A stretch of DNA of 64,000 nucleotides from Eledone cirrhosa (GCA_964016885.1 OZ024743.1:75640001-75704000), one strand, 5' to 3'; counted from the stretch's first letter, positions 29,286-42,044 are shown. Numbers and translations: made by a program. The notes: a model not told the origin generated them from the letters alone.

Positions 29286-30132
29286 GTGATTTACCAAACG
29301 ATCATGGGTATTTCATCGCATTAAAAATCATATACCTCACGTTGGAGAGATAATAACTAAAATAAGTTATTAGGACAATAGAAACGCGTAAAGCGAGTGA
29401 GACAAGTAAACAACACAGGGGGGAAGCTAACCGAAGATGGAAATAAAGACAAGCAACATAGTTATTCTTTCAGCATAAGCTGTGTGAATATATGAGCGAG
29501 TCAGAAAACAGACCTTTCGCTAGTGAATCCGGTGTTAGAAAGAATGAAAACCGTTTTCCCAGCGAACGGGAGGAAGAAAGAAGGGGAGAAACAAGGACTG
29601 AGTGAGTGGGAGTGCGAGGAAGAGGTCAGTAGAGAGAAAGAGTTAACTGACATGACAGAAGGGACGAAAGAAAGTAAGAGAAACAGAGAGAACGAGGGAG
29701 CAGTAAGAGAGAAAGAGAGAAACACAGAATTGCAGTTTGGGTAAATATATGAAAATATGGGTGAGAAGAAAACTGCTGGTTGCAAGAATGAAAACCGTTT
29801 TCCCAGGGACTCATTTTATAACATGTTTGTTATAAAATGAGTCCCTGGGAAAACGGTTTTCATTCTTTCTAACACCGGATTCACTAGCGAAAGGTCTGTT
29901 TTCTGACTCGCTCATATATTCACACAGCTTATGCTGAAAGAATAACTATGTTGCTTGTGTTTATTTCCATCGTCGGTTAGCTTCCCCCTGTGTTGTTTAC
30001 TTGTCTCACTCGCTTTACGCGTTTCTATTGTCCTAATAACTTATTTTAGTTATTATCGCTCCAACGTGAGGTATATGATTTTTAATGCGATGAAATACCC
30101 ATGATCGTTTGCTAAATCACTGATGAGGGACT

Positions 30133-30140
<8 letters not shown>
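29286..30140. mobile_element. About 530-bp unit element with large fold-back inversion
   Basis: 29845-30120 is the reverse complement of 29286-29562; central hairpin gggactcattttataac/gttataaaatgagtccc; CTGATGA at 30120. Confidence 0.75.
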
Positions 30141-30179
<39 letters not shown>

Positions 30180-30184
<5 letters not shown>

Positions 30185-30335
30185 ACTAGAAATTGATTAA
30201 CATATAAATAAACATGAATAATCACAGGAGATAATTTTTACAAGTGTGTAAGCACACATGCTTACACACTTGTAAAAATTATCTCCTGTGATTATTCATG
30301 TTTATTTATATGTTAATCAATTTCTAGTTATTATA
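30180..30335. repeat. Near-perfect palindrome (arms about 72 bp) adjoining (TA)n
   Basis: taataactagaaattgattaac..gtaagca cac atgcttac..gttaatcaatttctagttatta. Confidence 0.9.
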
Positions 30336-30436
30336 AAATGCTCGGACCTATTCGTTAGAATCTTAGAGTTTATTTTGCGGGTGATATGGCGCATGTCTTT
30401 CTGGCATGACACCCATCATTTTGATTATCTTAATTT

Positions 30437-30479
<43 letters not shown>

Positions 30480-30563
30480 ATGTAAAAGGTAAACAGAAAT
30501 AACAAGACAATCGGTACATTATAGGGATGTATTAGGTTAACGCTTGATATAGCAGGAAGAGGA

Positions 30564-30599
30564 TCTTAACGTTTCGGACGCTAGTCCTTCATCAGAAGA
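30564..30599 (-). ncRNA. Minimal type I HHR
   Basis: minus: TCTT CTGATGA A-GGAC-tagc-GTCC GAAACGTT AAGA. Confidence 0.85.
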
Positions 30600-31204
30600 A
30601 AGAATGAGAAATAAGATAGATTGAGGGAACGGGGGGGTTGGAATTGGAAAAAAATGTTTTTAGATAAAAATAACAGGTCCATATCAATGCTACGTTTATC
30701 CGATAACCCCGCCCCACAAAAAATACAAGCAAAAAAACCCCAAAACCAAACCAAAATAAAACAAACACAAATGCTTATATATAGTCATAAAGAGAATATT
30801 ATATAAACTAGAGTAACTCTGAATCGGGACCGAATTTAAGTGGGCCATTAGATGGCATTGCCACTTAGCTTTTCAATGATGCGCTCTCATATTTAGACAA
30901 TAGAATTCCTTGTGATAGAGTGCCCACCGACAAACTTCTGAAATACTCCCAAGCATCAAAGCCTGGGCCTACTCTCCATACGCATTCCAACAAAATATAA
31001 ATATATTAAATAGCAATTTTCAATAGTTTGTTAACTATTTAGCAACAAACAGTTCTGTGTCCCATATAACTGTATCGAGATAATGCAAGCTGAGGCAGGA
31101 TAATGAAACATGCTCTGTATTTGGGAAATTTGATAAATTCATTTTTTCAAGAGCTTCCAGAACAAATTTCTGTTAAATATTATGTACTAGTTAAAGAATA
31201 ATTG

Positions 31205-31575
31205 ACTCCAGACTCCTGTTCCGCGGTGGCAAACCTCTCGTCTGGGATGCCACTTGCACCGACACTTTCTGCAGCCGTAACCTGGTGCAGTCTGCGACTA
31301 ACCCAGGTTCTGCTGCACGTCGGGCTGAGGAGGCCAAACTCTTCAAATACCGGTCGATCTCCGACAGGTTTGCGGTTGTACCCCTGGCAGTGGAGACTTC
31401 TGGTGTCCTCAACTCTAGGGCTACGTCCCTACTCACCACCATAGGCGCTGAGCTGGCTAGCCCCAGGTGTGAGCCTCGCGAGTTGGAATGGCTTTTTCAG
31501 CGCGTCTCCTTTGGCGTCCTCCGGAGAAACGCCTTCTCCATTCTGTCCGCCGGGGCTGTGGGGAGACAAGCCGAT
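31205..31575 (+). mobile_element. CRE-like non-LTR retrotransposon 3' fragment (restriction-like endonuclease)
   Basis: LVWDATCTDTF..AEEAKLFKY..VPLAVETSG..WLFQRVSFGVLRRNA. Confidence 0.82.
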
Positions 31576-31709
31576 CATATTACGAATTCTGTTGAATAGT
31601 CTTAGATACGATTATTAAAAACAGTAGCTGGTGAGTCAACAATAGTAAAAAAACACCAAAAGTATAACTTAACTTCAACATATGGCGGCCAATTGGTAGA
31701 GTGGTTAGA

Positions 31710-32958
31710 ATGGTAGAGTGGTTAGAATGTTGGATAGAATGGTAGAGTGGTTAGAACGTCAGATAGAATGGTAGAGTAGTTAGAACGTCAGATAGAATGG
31801 TAGAGTGATTAGAATGTTGGATAGAATGGTAGAGTGATTAGAATGTTGGATAGAATGGTAGAGTGGTTAGAAGGTCAGATAGAATGGTAGGGTGGTTAGA
31901 ATGTTGGATAGAATGGTAGAGTGGCTAGAACGTTGGATAGAATGGTAGAGTGGTTAGAAGGTAAGATAGAATGGTAGAGTGATTAGAATGTTGGATAGAA
32001 TGGTAGAGTGGTTAGAATGTTGGATAGAATGGTAGAGTGGTTAGAACGTCAGATAGAATGGTAGAGTGGTTAGAACGTTGGATAGAATGGTAGAGTGGTT
32101 AGAATGTTGGATAGAATGGTAGAGTGGTTAGAACGTCAGATAGAATGGTAGAGTGGTTAGAATGTTGGATAGAATGGTAGAGTGGTTAGAACGTCAGATA
32201 GAATAGTAGAGTGGTTAGAACGTCAGATAGAATGGCAGAGTAGTTAGAAGGTCAGATAGAATGGTAAAGTCGTTAGAACGTCAGATAGAATGGTAGAGTG
32301 GTTAGAACGTCAGATAGAATGGCAGAGTGGTTAGAATGTTGGATAGAATGGTAAAGTTGTTAGAAGGTCAGATAGAATGGTAGAGTGGTTAGAACGTCAG
32401 ATAGAATGGTAGAGTGGTGAGAACGTCAGATAGAATGGTAGAGTGGTTAGAAGGTCAGATAGAATGGTAGAGTGGTTAGAACGTCAGATAGAATGGTAGA
32501 GTGGCTAGAACGTTGGATAGAATGGTAGAGTGGTTAGAACGTCAGATAGAATAGTAGAGTGGTTAGAATGTTGGATAGAATGGTAGAGTGGTTAGAACGT
32601 CAGATAGAATAGTAGAGTGGTTAGAACGTCAGATAGAATGGCAGAGTAGTTAGAAGGTCAGATAGAATGGTAAAGTCGTTAGAACGTCAGATAGAATGGT
32701 AGAGTGGTTAGAACGTCAGATAGAATGGCAGAGTGGTTAGAATGTTGGATAGAATGGTAAAGTTGTTAGAAGGTCAGATAGAATGGTAGAGTGGTTAGAA
32801 CGTCAGATAGAATGGTAGAGTGGTGAGAACGTCAGATAGAATGGTTGAGTGGTTAGAAGGTCAGATAGAATGGTAGAGTGGTTAGAACGTCAGATAGAAT
32901 GGTAGAGTGGTTAGAAGGTCAGATAGAATGGTTGAGTGGTTAGAACGTCAGATAGAAT
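31710..32958. repeat. 29-bp minisatellite, about 43 copies, amplified from a SINE tRNA head
   Basis: unit atggtagagtggttagaacgtcagataga; preceded by the SINE start ggcggccaattggtagag and followed by the SINE body. Confidence 0.9.
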
Positions 32959-33346
32959 ACTTTGTGGTATTTGATCCGACTCTCTGCTCTCTCAGTTTAA
33001 ATCCTGCCGAGATCAACTTTGCCTTTCATCCTTTCAAGGTCGATAAAAATGTATCAGTCAAGTACTGGAGTCGATTCTTCCTCTCTATCTCTTTCTTATT
33101 TCCTCTCTCTCACTTTCTATCTCTCTCTCGAAGTAATCTGCTTCACTCAGGTATGGAGAGGGATGGGCTCCGCCAGGCTTAAAATGCCCAAGAGACGCTG
33201 TCAATACGGCGTCTCTATCAGGAGTTACGGCACCATAATACATGAAGTATATGTTGTGATAATGACATTGCATGGTAAATTTTGGGGTTTTTATAAGGGG
33301 ATACTTTTCATTTTCATTTTGATTTCTTTCAGCAACCAATTTTAAG

Positions 33347-33666
33347 TACTCTCGTATCTAGAATAACCACCCCCAACCCATTTATTAATTTTTCAGATTT
33401 CCCCACACACCCTCCTATCAAATTTTGCTAATCTATCTCCGGCGAAATTTTATTTTAAGTAGTAACATTCCTGTGACAATTAATTTTCTTTATACATTAA
33501 AAAAACATTATACATGAGAAAAAAAGTACATTACTAGAAATCCCATTTGTTATAAAATAAATTGGATGGGTTGGGGTTTTTTCTGGTTTTTAAAAAAATC
33601 AGCGGAGACAACCTAGAAAAATTATCGATTTTGTACCCGCCCCCCATTAGTTGGGACCCGAGAGTA
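33347..33666. mobile_element. MITE with TA-flanked imperfect TIRs
   Basis: tactctcgtatc.. / ..gggacccgagagta; related copies at about 2220-2438 and 13790-14161. Confidence 0.65.
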
Positions 33667-33918
33667 TATAATTAATTGTTTCTACTTTTGACACAAGGCC
33701 AGCAATTACCCAGTGTATTACTGGTACTTTATTTTATCGACCCTGTAAGGATGAAAGGCAAAGTTAACCTCGGCGGGATTTGAACTCAGAATGGCAAGGG
33801 CCGTAACTCTATGCGTCAAAGCATGGTGTCCGACCTTCTACCGATACTGCCAATGAAAGCTCAAACTGAGGAATCTTCTTGTTGTATGACATATGTACAA
33901 TTGTCAGAGAGAGAGAGA

Positions 33919-34000
<82 letters not shown>

Positions 34001-34174
34001 GAGAGAGAGAGAGAGGTGAGCCAGACCAAGGTGCTATTTGTAGTACCAGGAATTGTCTCCAGGCCGCCGGGAAATTTTCCCTAATAAACACCAAGTCACC
34101 TGATGTTTATTAGGGCAAATATTTCGGTTAAATAACATTAATGACAAATATGAAATTAATAATAACAATAATTA

Positions 34175-34175
34175 C

Positions 34176-34216
<41 letters not shown>

Positions 34217-34236
34217 CGACGATGATGGTGATGATG

Positions 34237-34268
<32 letters not shown>

Positions 34269-34365
34269 GATGATTATGGTAATGATGGTGGTGGTGGTGG
34301 TGATGAAGACGATGGTGACGATGTTGATGATGTTGGTGATGTTGATGATCGTAATGATGATGATA

Positions 34366-34401
<36 letters not shown>

Positions 34402-34545
34402 GTGATGATGGTGATGATGGTAATGATGATGGTGATGATGATGATGGTGGTAATGATGATGATGGTGATGATGATGATGATGGTGGTGGTGGTGATGATG
34501 GTGATGATGATGTTGTTGATGATGGTGATGATGGTGATGGTGACG
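34175..34545. repeat. (GAT/GGT)n array
   Basis: direct reading. Confidence 0.95.
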
Positions 34546-34980
34546 TGCACGGTCACAGTACATATCACTTTACCAACGCCACACAGTACACACCAATTTA
34601 ACACCTCATAAATTAAGACACTGTACCACAGTGTACATTAAATAACAACAGAGAGACAGATGGAGAGAGATAGATATATAGAGAGTGAGAGAGTGAGAGT
34701 GAGAGAGAGAGTGAGCGAGAGAGATAGATATATAGTAGATAGAGAGAGGGAGAGCGAGAGAGAGCGAGAGAGAGAGAGAGAGAGTGGTAGAGTTTATTTA
34801 ACGGTATGTGTAGGCGTGGGTGTATGTGGCATTTTATACACCTATATACATACATCATATACTTACATACATATGCACACACATATACATATAATACATA
34901 CATACGAACGTACGAACTTATATACAGACACACACACACACACGCACATCGCACATACACACACAGACAAAGAGACAGAT

Positions 34981-35013
<33 letters not shown>

Positions 35014-35114
35014 CATATAAGAAAAGTCAACGATGGCGTATTAGTTGAGCACTTGATAGAGCTTGAAAAGTTTGTTAACGTTTCAGACGATTATCCTTCA
35101 ACGGAAGGTCTCTC

Positions 35115-35350
35115 TCATCTCATCTGTCCCTTAGTCTGGTAGACAGTTGGGGTGCCACAGACGACCTGGCAACCAGCTCCTTCCATTTCACCCGCCTCTC
35201 CACCCTCCTGATGGTTGCATCTAGCGTCATGCCTGTCCATTCTGGGATGTTGTCCTCCCATCTCTTTCTTTGTCTACCTCTCTTCCTCTCCCCTTGTACT
35301 GTTCCATATAGGGCAGTTTTGGTAAACCCTGAAGATCTTGTCACGTGCCT
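35115..35350 (-). mobile_element. RTE LINE 3' end
   Basis: HVTRSSGFTKTALYGTVQGERKRGRQRKRWEDNI. Confidence 0.85.
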
Positions 35351-35354
35351 GTAC

Positions 35355-35387
<33 letters not shown>

Positions 35388-35388
<1 letters not shown>

Positions 35389-35591
35389 CGAAGGAAATGT
35401 GGTAAGGAACCAGGTGGACCATAACGCACCAAAGTACTCAATACTTGAGGTAGTAGAGTGGGTAATAGGAACCAGTAAGACCCCGACAGCTGAGCTGAAG
35501 CCGTTTCGACGGCTAATTCTGGACTAAATGCATTTAGTCCAGAATTAGCCGTCGAAACGGCTTGAGCTCAGCTGTCGGGGTCTTACTGGTT

Positions 35592-35595
<4 letters not shown>
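35388..35595. mobile_element. Short element in (TA)n with fold-back and 3' half of an HHR (family B)
   Basis: GAA ACGGC-ttgagctca-GCTGT C GGGG; inverted repeat 35464-35595; relatives at 18003-18035, 25700-25735 and 48361-48498. Confidence 0.7.
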
Positions 35596-35657
<62 letters not shown>

Positions 35658-35803
35658 GTAATAATAATAAATATGAAGACTAAAATCCAAAGAGGGCTCG
35701 ATAAGGATAAATATATAAGAACCCTAGAGCAAATATATATTAAAATAACAGATTAAAGTTTAAGCAAAGAATCGCTGCTTTCACCCTTAACGGGATCTTC
35801 TGA

Positions 35804-35852
35804 GTTTCAGAAGATCCCGTTAAGGGTGAAAGCAGCGATTCTTTGCTTAAAC
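35804..35852 (+). ncRNA. Type I HHR with variant core CAGAAGA
   Basis: GTTT CAGAAGA T-CCC-gttaa-GGG-T GAA AGCAG-cgattct-TTGCT T AAAC; in palindrome 35745-35865. Confidence 0.7.
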
Positions 35853-35884
35853 TTAATCTGTTATATATATATATATATATATAT

Positions 35885-36476
35885 ATGTATAAATATTTCG
35901 TATCTCCAAAGAAATACGGTTTTAGGAAGCCGTAGGTATGCAAACATCGGGGGGGGGGGGGAGCTAACGCCCTCTGGTGATGTCCAGCAGAAGCAAGGGG
36001 GACAACCGTCTATGCATTTCAGGCTTAATTGGCCTTCGTCAGGACGGTCCCTCCCACCGCTTGCGACTGCTGGACTAGAAGACAGGCGAAAATATATAGT
36101 TTTCTCGTCTGTGTAAATGAGGTGATTAATCTCATTTGCATATGAAGCTGCATAAGTTGGCTCAACTTATAATAAAAAAGAAATAGGATTTCGCTTCAAG
36201 CATAGCTTTATACAATATGTATAAATATTTCGTATCTCCAAAGAAATACGGTTTTAGGAAGCCGTAGCTATGCAGACACCGGGGGGCTAACGCCCTCTGG
36301 TGATGTCTAGCAGAAGCAAGGGGACAACTGTCTATGCATTTCAGGCTGGACATCACCAGAGGGCGTTAGCCCCCCGGTGTTTGCATAGCTACGGCTTCCT
36401 AAAACCGTATTTCTTTGGAGATACGAAATATTTATACATATTGTATAAAGCTATGCTTGAAGCGAAATCCTATTTC

Positions 36477-36480
<4 letters not shown>
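35885..36480. mobile_element. 332-bp unit, partial tandem (about 1.4 copies) plus inversion, in (TA)n
   Basis: gtataaatatttcgtatctcc at 35887 and 36219; 36344-36480 inverts about 36178-36312. Confidence 0.82.
36005..36048 (-). ncRNA. Minimal type I HHR
   Basis: minus: ACCGTC CTGACGA AGGC-caattaa-GCCT GAA ATGCAT A GACGGT; perfect 6-bp stem I. Confidence 0.9.
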
Positions 36481-36548
<68 letters not shown>

Positions 36549-36784
36549 TCAGCGAGAATCGTATTTCGGCGGGTAGAAAAAGCGAAACGAAACGCAAAAT
36601 CGTAGTTATGCTGGCAAGCGCTCCAATAGTTAAAAAACTAGAGCTAAACAATATGTTAAAACGCCATACAAACCGAAAGAGTGGTCAAGAAGGCATTAAC
36701 CACCCAAGCCAAAAAACAAAACAAATCAAGCTAAACAGATCAAACAAAATAAATGATAAAACAAATATATAAATATATATATCA

Positions 36785-37195
36785 TCTCATCTTATCTGTC
36801 CCGTAGTCTGGGAAACTGCTGGGGTGCCACAGATGACCTGGCAACCAGATCCTTCTATTCCTCTTGCGTCTCTTCCTCCCTCCTTGTACTGTTCCTTGCC
36901 GGACAGTCTTGGCAAGCCCTGAAGATTTGTCACGTACCCGTAACATCTCAGTTTGTGTTGTTTTACAATGTCCAATAGGTCTTCATAGGGCCCGATGGGT
37001 TGCCAAATTCTTTTTGGCACCTCCCCATTGGAGATGCGGCCTCTGTAGATGATACCAAGGGGATTTCTGAAGCATCCCATCTCCATAGCCTGTATCTTAT
37101 TTCCAGATCTGCTGTTATTGTCCAGGACTTACAGATATACAAGAATATGGACATGACCAGGGAGCTCATCAGTGTGATCTTTGATCTGAGGGTGT
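36785..37195 (-). mobile_element. RTE LINE 3' fragment, decayed
   Basis: SLVMSIFLYICKSWT, EMGCFRNPLGI, DLLDIVKQHKLRCYG. Confidence 0.82.
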
Positions 37196-37290
37196 CTCTG
37201 CGTGTTTTTCTTAAAAAAATTGTTTCGTTCCTTCCTCTTCTCACTCTCTATCTTTCTATCTTTCTATTTCATCTTTTATTTCTCATTCTA

Positions 37291-37326
37291 TCTTCTGATG
37301 AAGGACTAGTGTCCAAAACGGTAAGA
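37291..37326 (+). ncRNA. Degenerate minimal HHR (same family as 30564)
   Basis: TCTT CTGATGA A-GGAC-tagt-GTCC AAAACGGT AAGA; G12 mutated to A. Confidence 0.65.
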
Positions 37327-37539
37327 CTCTCTTCCTACTATATCAAGCGTTACGCTAATATATTCCTTCATTGTACTGTGTTATTTGGTTTGTTGATTCT
37401 GTTTACTTTTTGCATACATCTCCCGAAACTCATACCCCACCCCCACTTCTATGCACATACATCTCTCTATCTATAAATGGACCGACAAACCTATTGAAAT
37501 AATATAATGTCGAGTTTACAGTGTATATATATATATATA

Positions 37540-37615
<76 letters not shown>

Positions 37616-37661
37616 TCATTCAAAATATTAACAAAAATAGAACTTCATTGTGATCAAGTAT

Positions 37662-37726
37662 ATTTTATTATACATATTTCAGAGGTACTGAGCTAACTTC
37701 AACACTACGTCCTCATCAGATAAAAT
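37662..37726 (-). ncRNA. Minimal type I HHR (copy of 28168-28232)
   Basis: same stems and core; element 37617-37782 matches 28125-28290. Confidence 0.75.
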
Positions 37727-37983
37727 AAGATGATGCATGACATACCCTGACATAGTAGATGGTAAAGATCCAGTCATGGTAGTGAGTAAGATATGACAAA
37801 ACTCAATATTTATATACCTTAAGATTGATACATGAAAAAACTTACATATAATACATATAATACAGAGGGTGCGTGTAAGAAAGTTTAAAAATACATAACA
37901 GTAATTTACATAACTGTTAGAGATTCAAATAATTATTTGATTTATTCATCGAACGTTGTTTATTCTCCTTTGTAATCATTTCA

Positions 37984-38058
<75 letters not shown>

Positions 38059-38206
38059 ATGCTTTGGGAGGGTCATGTTGCGAATAAGAAACACACGCAC
38101 CTGTTGCTTTCACTCCAATTTATTATAAATTAAATTTATAAATTTAAGAATTTATAAATTTCCGGTTGGTTGGTTGGTTCCACAACCAAACGATTGTTCA
38201 TATATT

Positions 38207-38249
38207 GTCAAAGTTCTTTCGTCACACATTCTGTGACCTCTTCAGTGAC
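38207..38249 (-). ncRNA. Minimal HHR in the PLE 3' pLTR (sense to the ORF)
   Basis: minus: GTCA CTGAAGA G-GTCACA-gaatg-TGTGAC GAAAGAACTT TGAC. Confidence 0.85.
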
Positions 38250-39632
38250 TGGGGATTCTTTTCTTTGTTTTTGTGCCTCTCCTTTGTTCTGTCCTACGCC
38301 ATCTTGTTCTTGTGTGTGTTGTGTGCTTAGTTTGCGCATGTGTTACATCCGGGTGTCTGTGTGTGTTTATATTTGTTTATTTATTTGTTTATTTACATGT
38401 TACTGGTTGGTTGTTTGTTCTATGTGTGTGTTTTCATTTTGTCCTTAATCGTAAGTTGTGATGTTGCTATTCCATTCATGTTTTCTATTTAATTTTGGTT
38501 GGAGATCATTTATGTTTATTGCCTCTGTAATTTGTCTAAACATTGCATCTTTTCTGTGTGTAGATTCTATTTTTATTTCTATGTTCTCTAATTTACCCTT
38601 ATGTTCTATTTTAGCATGTTGGTGGAGTACAGATGATTCTTTACTATCTTGAAGCTCTCGCCAGTGTTCATTTATCCGTTCTCGTATACTACGAGCTGTC
38701 TCACCTATGTACACTATATTCTTATCTCTACATTGTCCTTCAGTACATCTTATGCTATATACTACATTTCTAATTTTACAGTTAATATGGGGGCTTAGTT
38801 TACAGATTATACATTTCTTATCTATACAGGGAGGTCTTTGAAAAGGGTATGTATTGCTAATGTTTTTATGGAGGTACCTGGTCTTTTTACTATCTTAATA
38901 TTGAGTTTATCTAGGGCCCTTCTAAATTTGTAAGCTAATTCACCTCTAGGGGTTGTATCGATGAACATTACACTCTGGTATTTATTGCTATCATACCATG
39001 AGTTTATTCTATTAGCCTTATTCCTAGTTCTTTCTATTCTATTCCAAAATTTGCTCCTATACAAGGGGCAGGCCCCATTTGTATCATTATTTACCATTTT
39101 TTACCATTTGGTTCTGGCTCCTCTATATACTCTGATTTTATCTCTCTGATTGTAACCAGAGAACTGCATACGGTAGATGAAGTGTTGTATGTGTCTCTCT
39201 AGTTCTTTGGGGTTGCACATGCGGAACACGTTTCTCATCACCCGTACCAAATCCGCAATCAGTATGTTGATTTTGGTATGGTCCGAAACAGCTGAGTTTC
39301 GGTGGATCAGATATTTGGAAGTCATGGGTTTGGTATAATGGGTATGGAGGATTTGTTTTTTGTTATTAATGGTATCTAACCAGAGCTCTGTGTCTAGTAC
39401 AGGTAATCGATGGTTGGGGTGTTTGCTTGGGTAGTCTATAGTAACTCTAATACTCTGGTGGATGGAGTTAGCTATTTGCTGGATGCTTTCCATGCTGTTT
39501 TTCTCTAATTCCTGACTGTTCTCTAGTGGAGGTGTTTTTACTACGAGGTTTATAAGCACACAACACACACAAAAACAAGATGGCGTAGGACAGAACAAAG
39601 GAGAGGCACAAAAACAAAGAAAAGAATCCCCA

Positions 39633-39675
39633 GTCACTGAAGAGGTCACAGAATGTGTGACGAAAGAACTTTGAC
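39633..39675 (+). ncRNA. Minimal HHR in the inverted pLTR
   Basis: identical motif to 38207-38249 on the opposite strand. Confidence 0.85.
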
Positions 39676-39819
39676 AATATATGAAAAATCGTCTGGTTGT
39701 GGAACCAACCAACCGGAAATTTATAAATTCCGAAATTTATAAATTTAATTTATAATAAATTGAGGTGAAAGCAACTGGTGCGTGTGTTTCTTATTGGCAA
39801 CATGACCCTCCCAAAGCAT

Positions 39820-39866
<47 letters not shown>

Positions 39867-39868
39867 TA

Positions 39869-40173
39869 CAGTGTACTCTCGGCATTCGCATTTCGGGTTA
39901 TTCGAGGAATTTTCCTTTAAACCTGACTACTAATTGTTCGTGGAAACCACCGCATATTCGCGGAATTGTAAATATCTTTCGCTATTTTTCATGGTAATAT
40001 ATATTTTTTTCAAGCTTTTTAAAGTTAATTATTAATAATAATATACCGTATTTGCCGGCCTATATTTTACGTTATGTTTTGACGTCATTTTTATGGACCA
40101 TGTCCAATATTCGCGGTTTTCCACTTTTCGCCGGTGCTCTAGGAAGGTAACCTCCGCGAATACCGCGAGACAA

Positions 40174-40176
<3 letters not shown>
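39869..40176. mobile_element. Tigger/pogo-like MITE
   Basis: TA|cagtgtactctcggcattcgc ... gcgaataccgcgagacaactg|TA imperfect TIRs. Confidence 0.65.
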
Positions 40177-40240
<64 letters not shown>

Positions 40241-41044
40241 ACAAAGTTAACAAAGAACTTACTAGATCTACCAACTCTCCCTCTATATATAGTTAGATTT
40301 CGATTCCCGGCAACGCGTTTTGTTCTTGAGCAAGACACTTTATTTACCGTTGCTCCAGTCCACTCAGCTGGCAAAAATGAGTTGTACCAGTAATTCGAAG
40401 GGCCAGCCTTGCCACATTCTGTGTCACGCTGAGTCTCCCGTCGGATGCTCTGTGGTGTTATATCAAACACTGTGTCAAATGGACTTCCTTAAGAACTCCG
40501 TTAAGGGTGCACGTGTTTGTGGAATGCTCAGCCACTTTCACGTTAATTTCATGAGCAGGCTGTTCTGTTGATCGTAACAGCTGGGCCTCTCGTTTCCATG
40601 AACCACTACCCTACACCAATCTTGATTAAGAGTTTCATATTCTAACAGAAAAGCTTCATTTCCTCCCCTCCTCCAGCTTCCTCCAAAATCCTCCCCGGCC
40701 TCCTCTTCTTTCTCTCGGTGTAATTATGGAGTTGAGTCCTGCATTGTGGTTGCAAAAACATTTGCTGAACTATCGCGACCGGAATATCATGTGTAATGAT
40801 AATATTTGTTTAGTTACATAAAAGTGTTTTTTAATCAGTTAACGTTGTCTTCCAGTATTTTTAAATATTCCGTTGTATTTATATTAGATGAGGACGACGC
40901 CGTCTTCTCCCTTCACACACACTCAGACTTCATCTAAAAAAATGACGTTCACTTTCTCTATCTATGTACATCTATTTCCCTTGACAATCCCCCTCTCTAT
41001 ATAGATGAGGGCGACTTTGTAACTTCCTATCTCTCTATCTCTTT

Positions 41045-41375
41045 CAGTCATCTCGAAAATACACTGGTTGGTTTTGCTCGTAAAATCTGTCCAGTGATTC
41101 TTTCTCGAGACATTCTAACCACATGTCCATAGTATCGGAGCTGTGAGATCTCTTAATTCGGAAAAGTAGCGGCTCTACCTGGCGTGACTCCAGTGATTCT
41201 TTCCTGAGACATTTTAACCACATGTCAATAGTATCGGATCTGTGATCTCTCAATCCAGCCATTTTTTCCTGAGTCACCTTAACCACATGTCCATAGTATC
41301 GGAGCTGTGATCTCTTAATTCGGAAAAGTAGCGTCTCTACCTCGAGTGACTCTGATCTCTGAGCTACGTTATACG
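41045..41375 (-). mobile_element. RTE-like LINE 3' fragment, internally triplicated
   Basis: LLFRIKRSQLRYYGHVVRM-like segment repeated; related fragment at about 61600-61930 (+). Confidence 0.7.
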
Positions 41376-42044
41376 ATATTTAGTAGTTTATTAGTTTCAC
41401 TAAAAAAATGTCATATTTTGAAAGTGTATAGAATGTGAACACTTAGGCAAGCCCTGTTCTAAATAATTGTTTCTACTTATGGCACAAGTCCAGCAATTAT
41501 CCTAGTGTATTACTGGTACTTTATTTTATCGACTGGGTAAGGATGAAAGGCAAAGTTAACTTCGGCGGGATTTGAAGTTAGACCGTAAAGGGACGTAACT
41601 CTTTGCTGCAAAGCATGGTGTCCGACCCTCTACCGTTACTGACAACACACCCTAAATAATTGTTTCTACTTTTGGCACAAGGCCAGCAATTACCCAGTAC
41701 ATTACTGGTACTTTATTTTATCGACCCCGTAAGGATGAAAGGCAAAGTTAACCTCAGCGGGATTTGAACTCAGAGTGATAAGGGCCGTAACTCTATGCGT
41801 CAAAGCATGGCGTCCGACCCTCTACCGATACTGCCAATCCACAATGTCGTTTAGCATATTTAAGATTTTTAAATTCGATCCCTTAACTCTTTTTATTTCA
41901 TTTTTCTGTTGCAACTATATTTAATTTAGTAGATCGTAGATTTCATAGGAAAACGAAGAGATTATCTTGAACTGATCAGAATTTTGCCTGATCAAAGCTT
42001 ATCTACTTTGATTACAGGGTAAATTAATTCACTCATGGAAACTA

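Larger units (their letters stand above)
38054..39825 (-). mobile_element. 5'-truncated Penelope-like element with inverted terminal repeat (pLTR), in (TA)n
   Basis: RT thumb LPVLDTELW..HYTKPM..MQFSGY; GIY-YIG YIGETARSIRERINEH..RQITEA..LNRKHEW; 38054-38330 inverted at 39555-39825. Confidence 0.92.

Noticed and set aside
36395-36440. Second HHR candidate (CTAAAAC..GTATTTC/GAGATAC GAAA)
   Set aside because: The core deviates too far from CUGANGA and there is no stem I.
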